A stretch of 64,000 nt of DNA from a virus, in the IMG/VR virus record IMGVR_UViG_3300046518_000226, positions 30,123 to 94,122 of that record. One strand, written 5' to 3'. Shown here one piece after another: positions 44,817 through 55,000 of this stretch. The stretch's first letter is position 1; each line of letters starts with the position of its first letter. Under the pieces are notes generated by a model, which saw only the letters and a program-made list of their open reading frames with translations, was not told the origin of the DNA and did no database searches. The translations under genes were made by a program, and so were the position numbers.

Positions 44817-46454
44817 ATGAAGATAATCCCGCGTGACTATCAGCAGCAGCTGATGGATAAAGTGCGGCTTGCGTTCAGAGCTGGATTACGCAGCCCGCTT
44901 GTTGTTGCAGCAACAGGGGCAGGCAAGACCGTCGTGTTCAGCGCTATTGCTGATAGCGCGGCTGCGCGCGGCAATGAGGTGCTGATCCTCGCTCACCGCG
45001 ACACCCTTATTAAGCAGGCCAGCAACAAGCTGACCGACAACGGCGTGAAGCACGGCATCATCATGGCCGGCTTCACCCAGGCCTTACATCACAAGGTGCA
45101 GGTGGGATCCGTGCAGACGGTCGCACGCCGGCTCAAGAAGATCCGCTGGAAGCCGAAGCTGATCATCATCGACGAGGCGCACCTTTCGGCCGCCAAGACC
45201 TACCGCGACATCCTCGCAGCCTTTCCCGATGCGCTGGTGCTCGGCTTCACGGGTTCGCCCTGCCGGCTGGACAACAAGCCCCTCGGCAAGCAGTCGGGTG
45301 GCATCTACGACGAGCTGATCCAGGCCATCTCCATCAAGCAGCTGATCGCCCGGGGCTTCCTCGTGCAGCCGACCGTGTTCGGCGCCGCTGAGGCCTTGGA
45401 TCTGTCTGGCATCAAAAAGAGCATGGGCGACTACGCGACCGCCGAGCTGGCAGCGGTGGTGGACAAGCCGAAGATCACTGGCGACGCCGTCGAGCAGTAC
45501 CTGAAGATCTGTCCGGATGTGCCGGCCGTGGCCTGGTGCATCACCGTCGAGCACGCCCAGCACGTGGCGGACGCCTTTAACGCCAATGGCATCGCCGCCG
45601 TGATGCTCTGCGGAGAGCACGACACCGCCTATCGCGACAAGGTGCTGAAGCAGCTGGAGACCGGGGAGGTCAAGGTCGTCACGTTCGTGGGGATCCTGAT
45701 CGAGGGCGTCGACCAGCCGGCGATCGGCGCCATCATCCTCCTGCGCCCGACCATGTCCCTCGCCAGCTACCTTCAGGTGATTGGCCGGGGCCTGCGCCCG
45801 TACACCAACGCCGCAGGCATCAAGAAGGAGTGCTGCTACGTCCTCGACCACGCCGACCTGTGGAAGCGCCACGGCTTCGCCGACGAGGAGCGCGAGTGGG
45901 AGCTGAACGGGGAGGTCAAGAAGCCTGGCAAGAAGAAGGAACGCGAGGCTGCGGTCGACCTGATCCAGTGCCGCGGCTGCTTCGCGGTGTTTTCTCCGGA
46001 GCAGGCCGCCGAGGCTGGGCAGAAGGTCGATCTCGGCGGAACCCCGCGCGGCCCGTGCTGCCCGAACTGCGGCAAGGCGATCGAGGTGAAAACCCGCAAG
46101 CTTGAGCACGTCGACGGCGAGCTGGTGCAGATCACGCCGGAGATGCGTGCCGAAGCGCAGAAGGAATCCCGCCGTGAGCAGGGCAGCGCGCAGACCCTCG
46201 AAGACCTGAAGGCCTACGGCGCCAAGATGGGCCGCTCACCGCAGTGGGCCGACCACGTCTGGAACGCACGCCAGCGCAAGCGAGCGCCGAAGAAGCTGCC
46301 GCCACCGCCGCAGATCGATTTGCCTCCGGTGCCGACTGAAATCGAACTGAACAGCATGACCCTGGACGAGCTGGAGAAAGTTCGCCTTGCCCAAGGTTGG
46401 CCGCTCTCATGGCCAGTCGAATATTACAATGGCGTGCACGGTAGCGCGTCGTGA
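44817..46454 (+). CDS. SF2 DEAH helicase with C-terminal Zn ribbon
   Basis: ATGAGKT, IDEAH, TGSP, EGVD, QVIGRGLR. Confidence 0.93.
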   Translation: MKIIPRDYQQQLMDKVRLAFRAGLRSPLVVAATGAGKTVVFSAIADSAAARGNEVLILAHRDTLIKQASNKLTDNGVKHGIIMAGFTQALHHKVQVGSVQTVARRLKKIRWKPKLIIIDEAHLSAAKTYRDILAAFPDALVLGFTGSPCRLDNKPLGKQSGGIYDELIQAISIKQLIARGFLVQPTVFGAAEALDLSGIKKSMGDYATAELAAVVDKPKITGDAVEQYLKICPDVPAVAWCITVEHAQHVADAFNANGIAAVMLCGEHDTAYRDKVLKQLETGEVKVVTFVGILIEGVDQPAIGAIILLRPTMSLASYLQVIGRGLRPYTNAAGIKKECCYVLDHADLWKRHGFADEEREWELNGEVKKPGKKKEREAAVDLIQCRGCFAVFSPEQAAEAGQKVDLGGTPRGPCCPNCGKAIEVKTRKLEHVDGELVQITPEMRAEAQKESRREQGSAQTLEDLKAYGAKMGRSPQWADHVWNARQRKRAPKKLPPPPQIDLPPVPTEIELNSMTLDELEKVRLAQGWPLSWPVEYYNGVHGSAS

Positions 46455-46511
46455 ATTGAAGATGAACCCTTACGCAATTCGGCGTGAGGCAATGCAACCG
46501 AGGAAGTAGTT

Positions 46512-46994
46512 ATGGCTCGTGGAGTAAATAAAGTAATCCTGGTGGGTACGTGCGGGCAGGATCCCGAGGTTCGTTACCTGCCCAACGGTAACGCCGTGGC
46601 CAACCTGAGTCTGGCGACCAGTGAGCAGTGGAACGACAAGCAGACCGGCCAGAAGGTCGAGAAGACCGAGTGGCACCGGGTGTCGCTGTTCGGCAAGGTC
46701 GCCGAGATCGCCGCCCAGTACCTGCGCAAGGGGTCGCAGGTCTACATCGAAGGCAAGCTCCAGACCCGCGAGTGGGAGAAGGACGGCATCAAGCGGTACA
46801 CCACCGAGATCGTCGTCGACATGCAGGGCACCATGCAGCTGCTGGGCGGAAAGCCAGACAACGCCGGCGGCCAGAGTCGTGACGGCAACAATCAGCAATC
46901 GCGTCCTGCACCTCAGCAACAGCGCCAGGCAGCTCCGCAGCAGTCCGCACCGCAGCCGCAACCGAACAACTTCGACGATGACATTCCGTTCTGA
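46512..46994 (+). CDS. ssb: Single-stranded DNA-binding protein
   Basis: [12 protein letters not shown]...FDDDIPF. Confidence 0.97.
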   Translation: MARGVNKVILVGTCGQDPEVRYLPNGNAVANLSLATSEQWNDKQTGQKVEKTEWHRVSLFGKVAEIAAQYLRKGSQVYIEGKLQTREWEKDGIKRYTTEIVVDMQGTMQLLGGKPDNAGGQSRDGNNQQSRPAPQQQRQAAPQQSAPQPQPNNFDDDIPF

Positions 46995-47016
46995 CACAAC
47001 TACTTAGGGGAAAGGA

Positions 47017-47463
47017 ATGGCTTCCGAAAGCAATGTCCAGAAAACGATCCTGAAGGGCCTCGGCATGGTGTCGAGGCTGTTCCGGCTCAACAGCGGCAAA
47101 GCGTGGCTATCCAATCTCGGGCCGGCCGGGGTCGTTACCCTGGCCGATGGCTCGAAGCTGATCAAAGCTCCGCGCTCGATCGCGCTGGGCCTCACGCTCA
47201 CCAATGGTGATCCGGTCGTTGGGCAGAGCGACCTCGGCGGGTGGACTAAAATAACCATTACGCCTGAGATGGTTGGCAAGGACGTCGCTGTCTACACCGC
47301 CATCGAGACCAAGCGCTCGAAGGGCGGCAAGATCTCCAGCGACCAGAAGAACTTTGTCGCGCAGGTGTCGGCGCAGGGCGGAATTGCGGGGTTTGCCAAC
47401 AGTCTCGAAACTGCTCGTAAAATAATTGAGGACTGGGCCAACAAAATCGGGGCTAAGCTGTAG
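47017..47463 (+). CDS. VRR-NUC-like nuclease
   Basis: E..VQ, GQSDL, AIETK..GG..S.DQ..F. Confidence 0.8.
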   Translation: MASESNVQKTILKGLGMVSRLFRLNSGKAWLSNLGPAGVVTLADGSKLIKAPRSIALGLTLTNGDPVVGQSDLGGWTKITITPEMVGKDVAVYTAIETKRSKGGKISSDQKNFVAQVSAQGGIAGFANSLETARKIIEDWANKIGAKL

Positions 47464-47542
47464 TATCATTGCAGCACCATTTCAGCATCAAAGCATTTCC
47501 ATGAATTCAAACTGCGGGGTACGAGCCGCAGCAATGGGTTAC

Positions 47543-47600
47543 GGGCTAGAAGCAGGTTAGCTACCTTGCTTTGAAAAGCGTCTTCTGCGGGCGCCTGCCC
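47543..47600 (+). ncRNA. Small three-stem junction upstream of primase
   Basis: GGGC/GCCC closing AGCAGG..CCTTGCT and GCG..CGC with GAAAA linker. Confidence 0.35.
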
Positions 47601-47650
47601 ATTTTTCTTTCGCAGATCGGACGGAGCAGGGTCAGAAATGAATAATCAAA

Positions 47651-50542
47651 ATGGCGGGCACCTTTATGAGTGACCACGCCGTAATTCAGCAGTTCCTTTC
47701 CGCAATGGCGGAGCAAGATATAGTTCCTGGCGACAATCTGAATTTCGACGGCACTCTCGAGCGTTTTTACGTCGAGGGCGACCGCAAAGGCAGCCGTAAC
47801 GGCTGGTGCATCCTCCACATCGACAAAAGCCCTGCCGGGCAGTTCGGCTGCAACAAGCGGCACGGCGACCATAAATTCTCGTGGCGTGCCGAGCGCGACA
47901 CCACGCCGATGTCAGCTGCTGATCGCAAGCGGCAGCAGGAGGAGTGGGATCGCAAGAAGGCCGCGACGGCTGAGGCTGCACGCAAGCGTCATGCTGAGGC
48001 CGCCGCCCGCGCCCAGGCAATCTGGGCTGCCGCGAAGCCTGCGACCGACGACCATCCTTACCTTGTCCGCAAGGGCGTGAAGGCTCACGGCCTGCGCGTC
48101 GGCCCGTGGGAGTTCATCAACGGTGAGACCGGCGAGGTCTTCACGCTCACGAACAATGCCCTGCTGGTGCCGATCTGCGATAAGACGCGCACCGTTCACA
48201 GCCTGCAGGGCATCTTCCCCGACAAGATCCTCGGCAAAGGCGATGGCGCCCGGGACAAGGACTATCTGAAGAACGGGGCCAAGATCGGCTTGTTTCACGC
48301 GATCGGCCGTCCCCAGATGGTCGACGACTGCCCCGTGTTCATCATCTGCGAGGGCTACGCGACCGGCGCCAGCATCCACGAGGCTACCGGCCACCTGGTG
48401 CTGGTCACCTTCGACACCTCGAACCTGCTGGCCGTGGCGGATGCCATCCGTGAAGCGAAGCCAGACGCCATCATCGTCATGGCGGCCGACAACGACCAAG
48501 GCACCACTAAGCCAGTGGCGAACCCGGGCATCCACTTCGCCACGAAGGCCGCGGCCTCGGTTGGCGGGCTGATCGCTGTGCCGCCGTTCGCATGGGAGGA
48601 CGGCGAGGTCGATGCAGAGGGCAAATGGCACGGGCCTACCGACTTCAACGACCTTGCAGCGCTCCGCGGGGCGGATGCCGTGGCAGCGGTGATCAACACC
48701 GTCATCGCCGAGAACCGCGTTGCCAAGGATGTCGACGAGGCCGTCGATGGCGTGATGCCGTGGGATGATGCGCCGCCCGCGCACCACATGGAGGAGCTGC
48801 CGCCGCACGACTACGCCGATCAGCCTTCGGAACCAGCGATTGCAGATCCGAAGCCAACCGCCGCCCCGAGCACTCCGAAGCCGCCAGCCGACGAGTTTGA
48901 TGAGGAGCTGGTGAACAACGCCCACTTCACCATCCTCGGCTACGATGGCTCGACCTACTACATCTTCCAGCACGAGAAGCGGCAGGTGATGGCGCTCACG
49001 AAAGGCGACATCAGCGACACCGGCCTGATCGAGATCGCCGACCTGTACTGGTGGGAGATGAATTTCAGCAATGGGAAGGGCGGCATCGAGAAGAAGGCCG
49101 TTGCCCAGTGGCTGTTCCGGACGGCGAACGCCCGGGGCATCTACGACCCGGCGCGGATCCGCGGGCGTGGCGCCTGGAAGGACAAGAACCGGCACGTCTA
49201 CCACCACGGCAGCTACCTGACCGTCGACGGCGTGCAGACCGAGATCACCAACATCAAATCGGCACACGTCTATCCGATGGCCCGGCAGCTGCCGACGCCA
49301 CACGAGAACCCGCTGACCGATGAGGAGGGCGGCCACCTGGTGGACGTCGCCAGTCTGGTGCGCTGGAGCATGCCGGGCAGTGCCGCACTGATGGCTGGCT
49401 TTGCCATGCTGTCGCCGATCTGCGGCGCCCTGAACTGGCGCCCGCACATCTGGATCACCGGCCCGGCCGGCTCCGGCAAATCGACCGTGCAGAACAAGTT
49501 CTGCGCCGGCCTGACCAAGGGCATTGCCGTCTACGCTCAGGGCAACAGCACTGAGGCGGGCATCCGCCAGAAGCTGAAGGCTGACGCCTTGCCGGTGCTG
49601 ATCGATGAGGCCGAGAGCAACAACGAGCGCGACAAGCAGCGGATCGAGAACATCATGTCCCTGATCCGCCAGACCTCCTCGGAGAGCCAGGCGGAGACGC
49701 TGAAGGGCACCGTGTCAGGCGAGAGCCAGCACTACCAGATCCGCTCGATGTTCTGCCTGGCGTCGATCAACGTGAACCTGCCGACCAAGGCCGATATCGA
49801 CCGCCTGACGAAGCTGTCTATCAAGGCGCCGAAGGACGCTGGCGAGGATCGCTGGCCGGAGCTGGAGGCCGAGCTGAACAAGATCGACCTCGATGAGACC
49901 ATCTCCGCTCGCCTGCTTGCGCGTGCGCTCAACCTGATGCCGGTGATCCTGGACAGCATCGACGTGTTCCGCAAGGCGGCAGCGAAGCACTTCGGCAGCC
50001 AGCGTGACGGCGACCAGTTCGGCACGCTGCTGGCGGGCTGCTGGTGCCTGATGAAAAGCTACGTGCCTGCGGAGTATGAGGCGGTGGCGCTCATCAACGC
50101 CTACAAGTGGGACGAGCACACCGAGGATCAGGATCAGGACGATTCCGGCAAGGCGCTGGAGGCCCTGCTAGGTGCCAAGATCCGCATGGGCGGCGGTCGC
50201 AGCGACCTGACCATTTACGAGCTGGTGCGCGAGTCGACCACGTCGTTCCGGACTGGCGCGACCGCGATCGAGATCGCCGAGGCCGAGGACACGCTGCGCC
50301 GCCACGGCATCATCGTGGACACGACCGCCAACAAGCTGCTGTTCGGCACCAGCGTTTCGAACCTGAAGGATCTGGTGGCGAAGATGTCGGCCATCACCGA
50401 CCTGCGCGGACAGCTGCTGCGCATCCCCGGCGCCGATCGAGTGGCATCCAAGAGCTTCAACGGCTCGAAGTCGAAGTGTGTCTCCATTCCGCTGGCGCCG
50501 ATCCTTGGCGACGCGAAGGAAGTCGACGACGAACCATTCTGA
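47651..50542 (+). CDS. Primase-helicase (TOPRIM plus P-loop; P4 alpha-like); start may be 47666
   Basis: HPYL..KG, ICEGYATG, AADND, DFND, GPAGSGKS, LIDEAE. Confidence 0.9.
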   Translation: MAGTFMSDHAVIQQFLSAMAEQDIVPGDNLNFDGTLERFYVEGDRKGSRNGWCILHIDKSPAGQFGCNKRHGDHKFSWRAERDTTPMSAADRKRQQEEWDRKKAATAEAARKRHAEAAARAQAIWAAAKPATDDHPYLVRKGVKAHGLRVGPWEFINGETGEVFTLTNNALLVPICDKTRTVHSLQGIFPDKILGKGDGARDKDYLKNGAKIGLFHAIGRPQMVDDCPVFIICEGYATGASIHEATGHLVLVTFDTSNLLAVADAIREAKPDAIIVMAADNDQGTTKPVANPGIHFATKAAASVGGLIAVPPFAWEDGEVDAEGKWHGPTDFNDLAALRGADAVAAVINTVIAENRVAKDVDEAVDGVMPWDDAPPAHHMEELPPHDYADQPSEPAIADPKPTAAPSTPKPPADEFDEELVNNAHFTILGYDGSTYYIFQHEKRQVMALTKGDISDTGLIEIADLYWWEMNFSNGKGGIEKKAVAQWLFRTANARGIYDPARIRGRGAWKDKNRHVYHHGSYLTVDGVQTEITNIKSAHVYPMARQLPTPHENPLTDEEGGHLVDVASLVRWSMPGSAALMAGFAMLSPICGALNWRPHIWITGPAGSGKSTVQNKFCAGLTKGIAVYAQGNSTEAGIRQKLKADALPVLIDEAESNNERDKQRIENIMSLIRQTSSESQAETLKGTVSGESQHYQIRSMFCLASINVNLPTKADIDRLTKLSIKAPKDAGEDRWPELEAELNKIDLDETISARLLARALNLMPVILDSIDVFRKAAAKHFGSQRDGDQFGTLLAGCWCLMKSYVPAEYEAVALINAYKWDEHTEDQDQDDSGKALEALLGAKIRMGGGRSDLTIYELVRESTTSFRTGATAIEIAEAEDTLRRHGIIVDTTANKLLFGTSVSNLKDLVAKMSAITDLRGQLLRIPGADRVASKSFNGSKSKCVSIPLAPILGDAKEVDDEPF

Positions 50543-50560
50543 CCATCGGCCAGATACGAC

Positions 50561-50585
50561 AAAGCCCGCAGATGCGGGCTTTTTT
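50561..50585. terminator. Bidirectional terminator
   Basis: AAAGCCCGC-AGAT-GCGGGCTTTTTT. Confidence 0.85.
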
Positions 50586-50598
50586 GTTGCTGGTGTGA

Positions 50599-50775
50599 TC
50601 AGTCCGGCGGCAGCTGCTTCACCATACCGAAGTCGGCCCAAAGAGCCTCCCTGGTGGGGCAGCATGCGCATTCGCGGATCTTCATGCTGATGTAATAGAC
50701 CCAGACGTGCTTGCCGGTGCAGACCGGGCCGCTCGGTCGCCATTCCCAGATGTCCTGCTCGGGTTGCGTTTGCAT
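50599..50775 (-). CDS. 58-aa hypothetical; not in ORF track
   Basis: GGAG RBS; MQTQPEQDIWEW... Confidence 0.55.
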   Translation of the reverse strand: MQTQPEQDIWEWRPSGPVCTGKHVWVYYISMKIRECACCPTREALWADFGMVKQLPPD

Positions 50776-50829
50776 ATCGTGCTCCCATGAAAAAGCCCGG
50801 CCAGGCCGGGCGTGGTGGTGGGTATTATG

Positions 50830-51123
50830 TCAGGCCCAGACTTCCCATGCGAAGTCCGTTGCGGTTGGGTTTTCCTTCAGCGCCTTCTTCAGCTCCTCGA
50901 TGGCGAACTCGGCAGCAGCGCCATAGCGCATCGCCGGGGTGTTGATCGTCACGTTCACGAACTGGCGCGTTTCGTCACCTGGTACGATCGGCAGATCCAC
51001 GATGAGGCGCACCTGCCAGCGCCTGCTGGAGTTCGTGTAGGTGCGGGGGCCGACGATGGCCGGCATCCCCTTCTTGAAGTGCTTGCTGTGCCTGTAGATG
51101 GCAATCTTACGGAGCTTGCTCAT
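50830..51123 (-). CDS. Hypothetical
   Basis: ATGA-coupled in operon. Confidence 0.7.
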   Translation of the reverse strand: MSKLRKIAIYRHSKHFKKGMPAIVGPRTYTNSSRRWQVRLIVDLPIVPGDETRQFVNVTINTPAMRYGAAAEFAIEELKKALKENPTATDFAWEVWA

Positions 51124-51311
51124 GCTGCCTCACTGATCGGTTGTGCGGCTGTCTGGACATCCATGCAGGCCTGCCAGGCTTCCCAGCGGATCTGGACGGC
51201 GTGGTTCGAGTACCGGCCGCGCCCGTTGATGTGCAGCCGGGTTGCCTTGGCCTGCACGTCGACGCTGAATTTCCGACAGAACCACTGTTCGAACTGTTCG
51301 CGAGCGGTCAT
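51120..51311 (-). CDS. Hypothetical (REQFEQW...WEAWQA family)
   Basis: Common small phage motif. Confidence 0.75.
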   Translation of the reverse strand: MTAREQFEQWFCRKFSVDVQAKATRLHINGRGRYSNHAVQIRWEAWQACMDVQTAAQPISEAA

Positions 51312-51646
51312 TCAGCACCACTGGTCGCATCGGCTTTCAGCTTGGCCGCTCTGTCCTCTACGGAAATTGCGTACTGTAGAGTTCGCCAGGTTATGCCCAT
51401 CTCCCGCTCGACCTGCTTCCAGCTCACGCCAGCTTTGCGAAGCGCTCTGGCCTTCAGCAGATTCTCTGGGGATGTTTTGCAGTTGGATCCGCTGAGGCGT
51501 TGGTATCCGGCTTTGTCTACCCAATGTTTGAGCCAGTCTTTCTTGACCCTCAGCTTTTTGCCAATCTCCGGCCAGGTGTAGCCCTCTTTCTTCAGCTCGA
51601 TCGCCTTGGCGGCAATCTCAGCTGACTTCCTCGGCCCGAACTTCAC
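51308..51646 (-). CDS. Tandem HTH protein
   Basis: GYTWPEIGKKL and GVSWKQVEREMG. Confidence 0.7.
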   Translation of the reverse strand: MKFGPRKSAEIAAKAIELKKEGYTWPEIGKKLRVKKDWLKHWVDKAGYQRLSGSNCKTSPENLLKARALRKAGVSWKQVEREMGITWRTLQYAISVEDRAAKLKADATSGAE

Positions 51647-52134
51647 ACATCACGCTCCTTGCCGGTCGTGCCGGTCTTCACCCGGTTATCGCAGGTTGCT
51701 CGCACGCCTGGAGTGTCACCGCCGCACTCGCAGTTGAGCCAGTCCTTGCAGAAGCCATTCGAGGCAGCCGAGGCAGCCGGCGCAATGATGGCGTCAAGCC
51801 GTGCGTGCAACGCCGGGTTTTTATGCATGAACAGCTCACGCTTGCAGATGCCAAGCAATTCGACCAGCTCCGCATTCTGCTGCTCGGCGGCGGCAAGGCA
51901 GGTGGTCATGTCGCTATTCGACTCGACCATGTCCTCAATCACCACGTCTTTGCGGGCTACCTCCTCCCGCAGCCCCGCCAGTTCAGCCTCGGCTGCATCC
52001 AGCGCCTTCGCATCGACGAACTGAGCCTGCGCGAGCGCTCCAGTGGCGAAGCGCAGCTGCACGGTGTTGTAGCGAGGCACAGCGCCCTTGCAGGTGCACG
52101 GATCCCGGCCTTGCCGGCAGTCGCAGAAACTCAC
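51643..52134 (-). CDS. Hypothetical coiled-coil, Cys-rich ends
   Basis: CDCRQGRDPCTC; GTGA coupling. Confidence 0.65.
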   Translation of the reverse strand: MSFCDCRQGRDPCTCKGAVPRYNTVQLRFATGALAQAQFVDAKALDAAEAELAGLREEVARKDVVIEDMVESNSDMTTCLAAAEQQNAELVELLGICKRELFMHKNPALHARLDAIIAPAASAASNGFCKDWLNCECGGDTPGVRATCDNRVKTGTTGKERDV

Positions 52135-52463
52135 GATGGCACCGCCGAGGCCTTCAGTGCAGCCAGCGCCCAAGCGTACAGGCCGGAGCCATCGACAGGA
52201 CGGATGGTGCGGGCAGTGCCGACCAGATAGCTTTGCAGCTCGGCCGCTTCGGCGCTATCGCGCTTGCGCTGAGCGACGGCGATCGGGCATTCCGGCTTGA
52301 CCGGTGCTGCCTTCACCATCTTGGCGAAGTCCAGACCGACAGCGATCCGCCGGCGGGCCTGCGCGAGACAATCCTGATCCTCGACCTTACCGGCGAAGGC
52401 TGCTTCGATCATTTCCGGTGTCGCCGGTACCGGCACGAGCACCCATTTGGTTTCGTTATTCAC
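52131..52463 (-). CDS. Hypothetical (WVLVPVPATPEM motif)
   Basis: AGGA RBS. Confidence 0.7.
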   Translation of the reverse strand: MNNETKWVLVPVPATPEMIEAAFAGKVEDQDCLAQARRRIAVGLDFAKMVKAAPVKPECPIAVAQRKRDSAEAAELQSYLVGTARTIRPVDGSGLYAWALAALKASAVPS

Positions 52464-52473
52464 GTTCCTTTCC

Positions 52474-52599
52474 TCAGTGAGTTTTGATGTACGCGATTGC
52501 CACGATGACGATCAGAGCGGCAATGCACGACCAAGCGCAGACCAGCTCGCCACGGGTAATGTCCAGTTCTTCCAGGTGGGCAAATTTAGACTTGCGCAT
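52474..52599 (-). CDS. 41-aa single-TM protein; not in ORF track
   Basis: GGAG RBS; first gene after operator 52644. Confidence 0.5.
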   Translation of the reverse strand: MRKSKFAHLEELDITRGELVCAWSCIAALIVIVAIAYIKTH

Positions 52600-52643
52600 C
52601 AAGTGCACTCCGGTGCTTTTATGATGCCCAAATAATAACGCCG

Positions 52644-52661
52644 TTGCTCAAATAAGAGCAA
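52644..52661. promoter_or_regulatory. Operator-like palindrome
   Basis: TTGCTCAAATAAGAGCAA inside a longer inverted repeat 52639-52666. Confidence 0.65.
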
Positions 52662-52691
52662 CGGCGCAATTAGAACTGATTGGAATAAGAC

Positions 52692-52883
52692 TTAGGCTTT
52701 CTCGCAAATTACCTTCTTGAACTGGGCAGGGATAATCAGGTTGCCAGCTTCGTCACTTTCCATGACCCGGGCCACCTTGTTGCAGTCGGGCACGGTCATG
52801 CTGGCTGGCATCGGCAGGCGCTGGGTCTCAGTGCAATCGGTCAGGGCGGCACTGGCGCAGATGGAGATAACGAGGGTGATCAT
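52692..52883 (-). CDS. Small Cys-containing hypothetical
   Basis: ATGA-coupled. Confidence 0.6.
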   Translation of the reverse strand: MITLVISICASAALTDCTETQRLPMPASMTVPDCNKVARVMESDEAGNLIIPAQFKKVICEKA

Positions 52884-53512
52884 GGTCGGTTGTCCTGGCC
52901 GCAGTTGCGGCAGTCGTGTTGGAAGCGTTGGCGATCGGAAATGAACCGGCCGCAGCCGGTGCAGTTGAAGACCATCTCGCGTGGTGGCTTCGGCTTGATC
53001 AGCTTGATGCCGGTGCCGCGTAGAGCCTGCTTGAGGTCGACGTCCTGGCGGTGCACGAGGCGCCTGCGAATGGTGTCGATGTAGTCGGCCGACCAGAGCT
53101 TGCGGGTGCCGGCCGCGATGCCGTCTGCGAACTGCTCACGCGCCTGCTCGATCGAGATGTTGGCGGCACGCCCGAGGTCTTCGGTCACTTGCCCGCGGTT
53201 GAAGCCGATCCAGTAGACATCATTGCCGTTCCAGTCGCCTGGCACGTGCACGTAGACGCGGCAGCCCGGGGTCAGCATGGCGTCGCTGGCGTGCTCATCC
53301 ATCAGCTGGTGATCAACGCCCCAGTGCGCCCGGGCGTCGATATAGTCCTTCGGCCAGGGGATATCGGTGTCGCGATGGCTGGTAGCCTGCTCCTGGGTGA
53401 ACAGCTCAGACGCGTCCAGATCGGTCACGTAGCCGCGGCGGTCTTTGCCCCAGAACTGCAAGCCGTCGCCAACGTGGCTGCGGCTGTCCTGCAGGTAGAA
53501 TTGGCGGCTCAT
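52880..53512 (-). CDS. Hypothetical with internal repeat and C-terminal Zn ribbon
   Basis: FYLQDSRS.VG..W..Y; CTGCGRF..C..CG. Confidence 0.8.
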   Translation of the reverse strand: MSRQFYLQDSRSHVGDGLQFWGKDRRGYVTDLDASELFTQEQATSHRDTDIPWPKDYIDARAHWGVDHQLMDEHASDAMLTPGCRVYVHVPGDWNGNDVYWIGFNRGQVTEDLGRAANISIEQAREQFADGIAAGTRKLWSADYIDTIRRRLVHRQDVDLKQALRGTGIKLIKPKPPREMVFNCTGCGRFISDRQRFQHDCRNCGQDNRP

Positions 53513-54237
53513 GGCGCCACCTCCAGCACCAGGTCGCCCATCGACGCTGGCCGAACGGTGTTGAAGCCGGCCTCGACCGACGCGAGCTGGTCGATCCAGT
53601 GGCGCTCGCGGTGGGTGATGTAGGCCGCACGGTCAGCGCAGCCCGCCGGATACGCGATCACCTCCAGCACGGAGAACTCCCAGTCGGTGATCACCGTGGC
53701 GGTCAGAGCTGCGTGGAACTTGCACGCGCTCGGATTGCTGAGGTGCTGCCACCAGCGGAGCGTGAATGGCTGCGTGGTCTGGCCGACGTAGGACATACCG
53801 GTGGACTTCTGGCGCACCTGGTAGATGACGGGCGGTGACCGGCCTTCGCTCGCCAAGCGGAATTCTGAAAGGTCGCGGAAGCGCGCGGCCTCCTTACATG
53901 CCTCGGTGCAATAGTCGTGGCTTTTGGTTTCGGTGTAATGGTCGTTGTACTTGTCGATCAGTTTGAACACCGTGCCGCACTCCTTGCACGGCGTGTCCTG
54001 GAAGCGCTTCAGCAGGTAGGTGTCGTGTTCGCCCAGCTCCTGAATGTGTAGGAGATAATCGTGCGCTTCTATGTCCTTGAGCCGAACGCTCATCGGAAAC
54101 TTGCGCTCGTACAGTTCTTCGACGAGCGCCCGAGCCTCCTTGCGCGATTCAGCCTCAACCTTGCCGCTGAACACTGGCGGCCAGGCCCACCCATTTTCCG
54201 GACTACGGCCCTTGATTTGGTAGTACCAGCTGGTCAT
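53509..54237 (-). CDS. GIY-YIG nuclease-domain protein
   Basis: VIYQV...YVGQT..R..QH...E..WI..GFN. Confidence 0.8.
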   Translation of the reverse strand: MTSWYYQIKGRSPENGWAWPPVFSGKVEAESRKEARALVEELYERKFPMSVRLKDIEAHDYLLHIQELGEHDTYLLKRFQDTPCKECGTVFKLIDKYNDHYTETKSHDYCTEACKEAARFRDLSEFRLASEGRSPPVIYQVRQKSTGMSYVGQTTQPFTLRWWQHLSNPSACKFHAALTATVITDWEFSVLEVIAYPAGCADRAAYITHRERHWIDQLASVEAGFNTVRPASMGDLVLEVAP

Positions 54238-54962
54238 GCCGCAGCCCCCTCTACTGGGGTCGCCAGCTCCTTCATCGCCATGATGGCGTTGGCGGCGTGG
54301 CGCACGTAGAACAGACGCGCCATCAGCTGCGGGCACGGCTTGCTGATCTGCGTTTCCCAGAGGTCGCTGCCGCCGATCAGTTCTTCGTGCTGCTGGAGGA
54401 AATCGTAGGCCAGCACCACTTCGCTGTCGCGACCTTCGGCGAAGGTCTCGACCTCATCGATCACATCGGCCAGATCGCTGAATGGCAGGCGGTCATCATC
54501 CGCTGCGTCCTTCTCGCGCAACCATTCGACCAGCAGCTCAGCCTGCTCCAGCGTGGCGCCCGTGTCTGGGATCGTCGAGATCCATTCGGGGATCTCGTCA
54601 GCGCTAAATTCCTCATCGATCCGGGCAACGATGCAGCTGCAAACCGTGTCGCGGATGCTGTCGAAGTCGATCACTTGCCGCTTGATGTCGCTATCCAGTT
54701 TTTCGTGCAGGTAGCCGTCGCTCTGATGGCGCAGGAAGTTGATGCCGTAGAGGGAGCCGACGTTGAACACGAGCGGGCCGATGTCGCCCATCATGCTCAT
54801 GCCGAAGCGGGTTACGCAGATGTCGAAGCCGTAGCAGCTGGTGCCTGGCTGTGCGCAGCGCCACACCTCGACGCCGTTTTCGTTCACCAGCTGGGTGTAT
54901 TGGTGCTTTGCCATATCCTCTGCCACCCGGGCAGTCAGGGCTTTGCGTTCTTCTTCTTTCAC
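54234..54962 (-). CDS. Hypothetical phage protein
   Basis: YGFD..GDIG..F..YLHEKL. Confidence 0.75.
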   Translation of the reverse strand: MKEEERKALTARVAEDMAKHQYTQLVNENGVEVWRCAQPGTSCYGFDICVTRFGMSMMGDIGPLVFNVGSLYGINFLRHQSDGYLHEKLDSDIKRQVIDFDSIRDTVCSCIVARIDEEFSADEIPEWISTIPDTGATLEQAELLVEWLREKDAADDDRLPFSDLADVIDEVETFAEGRDSEVVLAYDFLQQHEELIGGSDLWETQISKPCPQLMARLFYVRHAANAIMAMKELATPVEGAAA

Positions 54963-55000
54963 TTCCTTTCCCTAGCGCCCCAGCGGGGCGCAGCAGTTGA

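Noticed and set aside
46878-46892. CGTGAC copy inside ssb
   Set aside because: Intragenic with an off-register hexamer; may be chance
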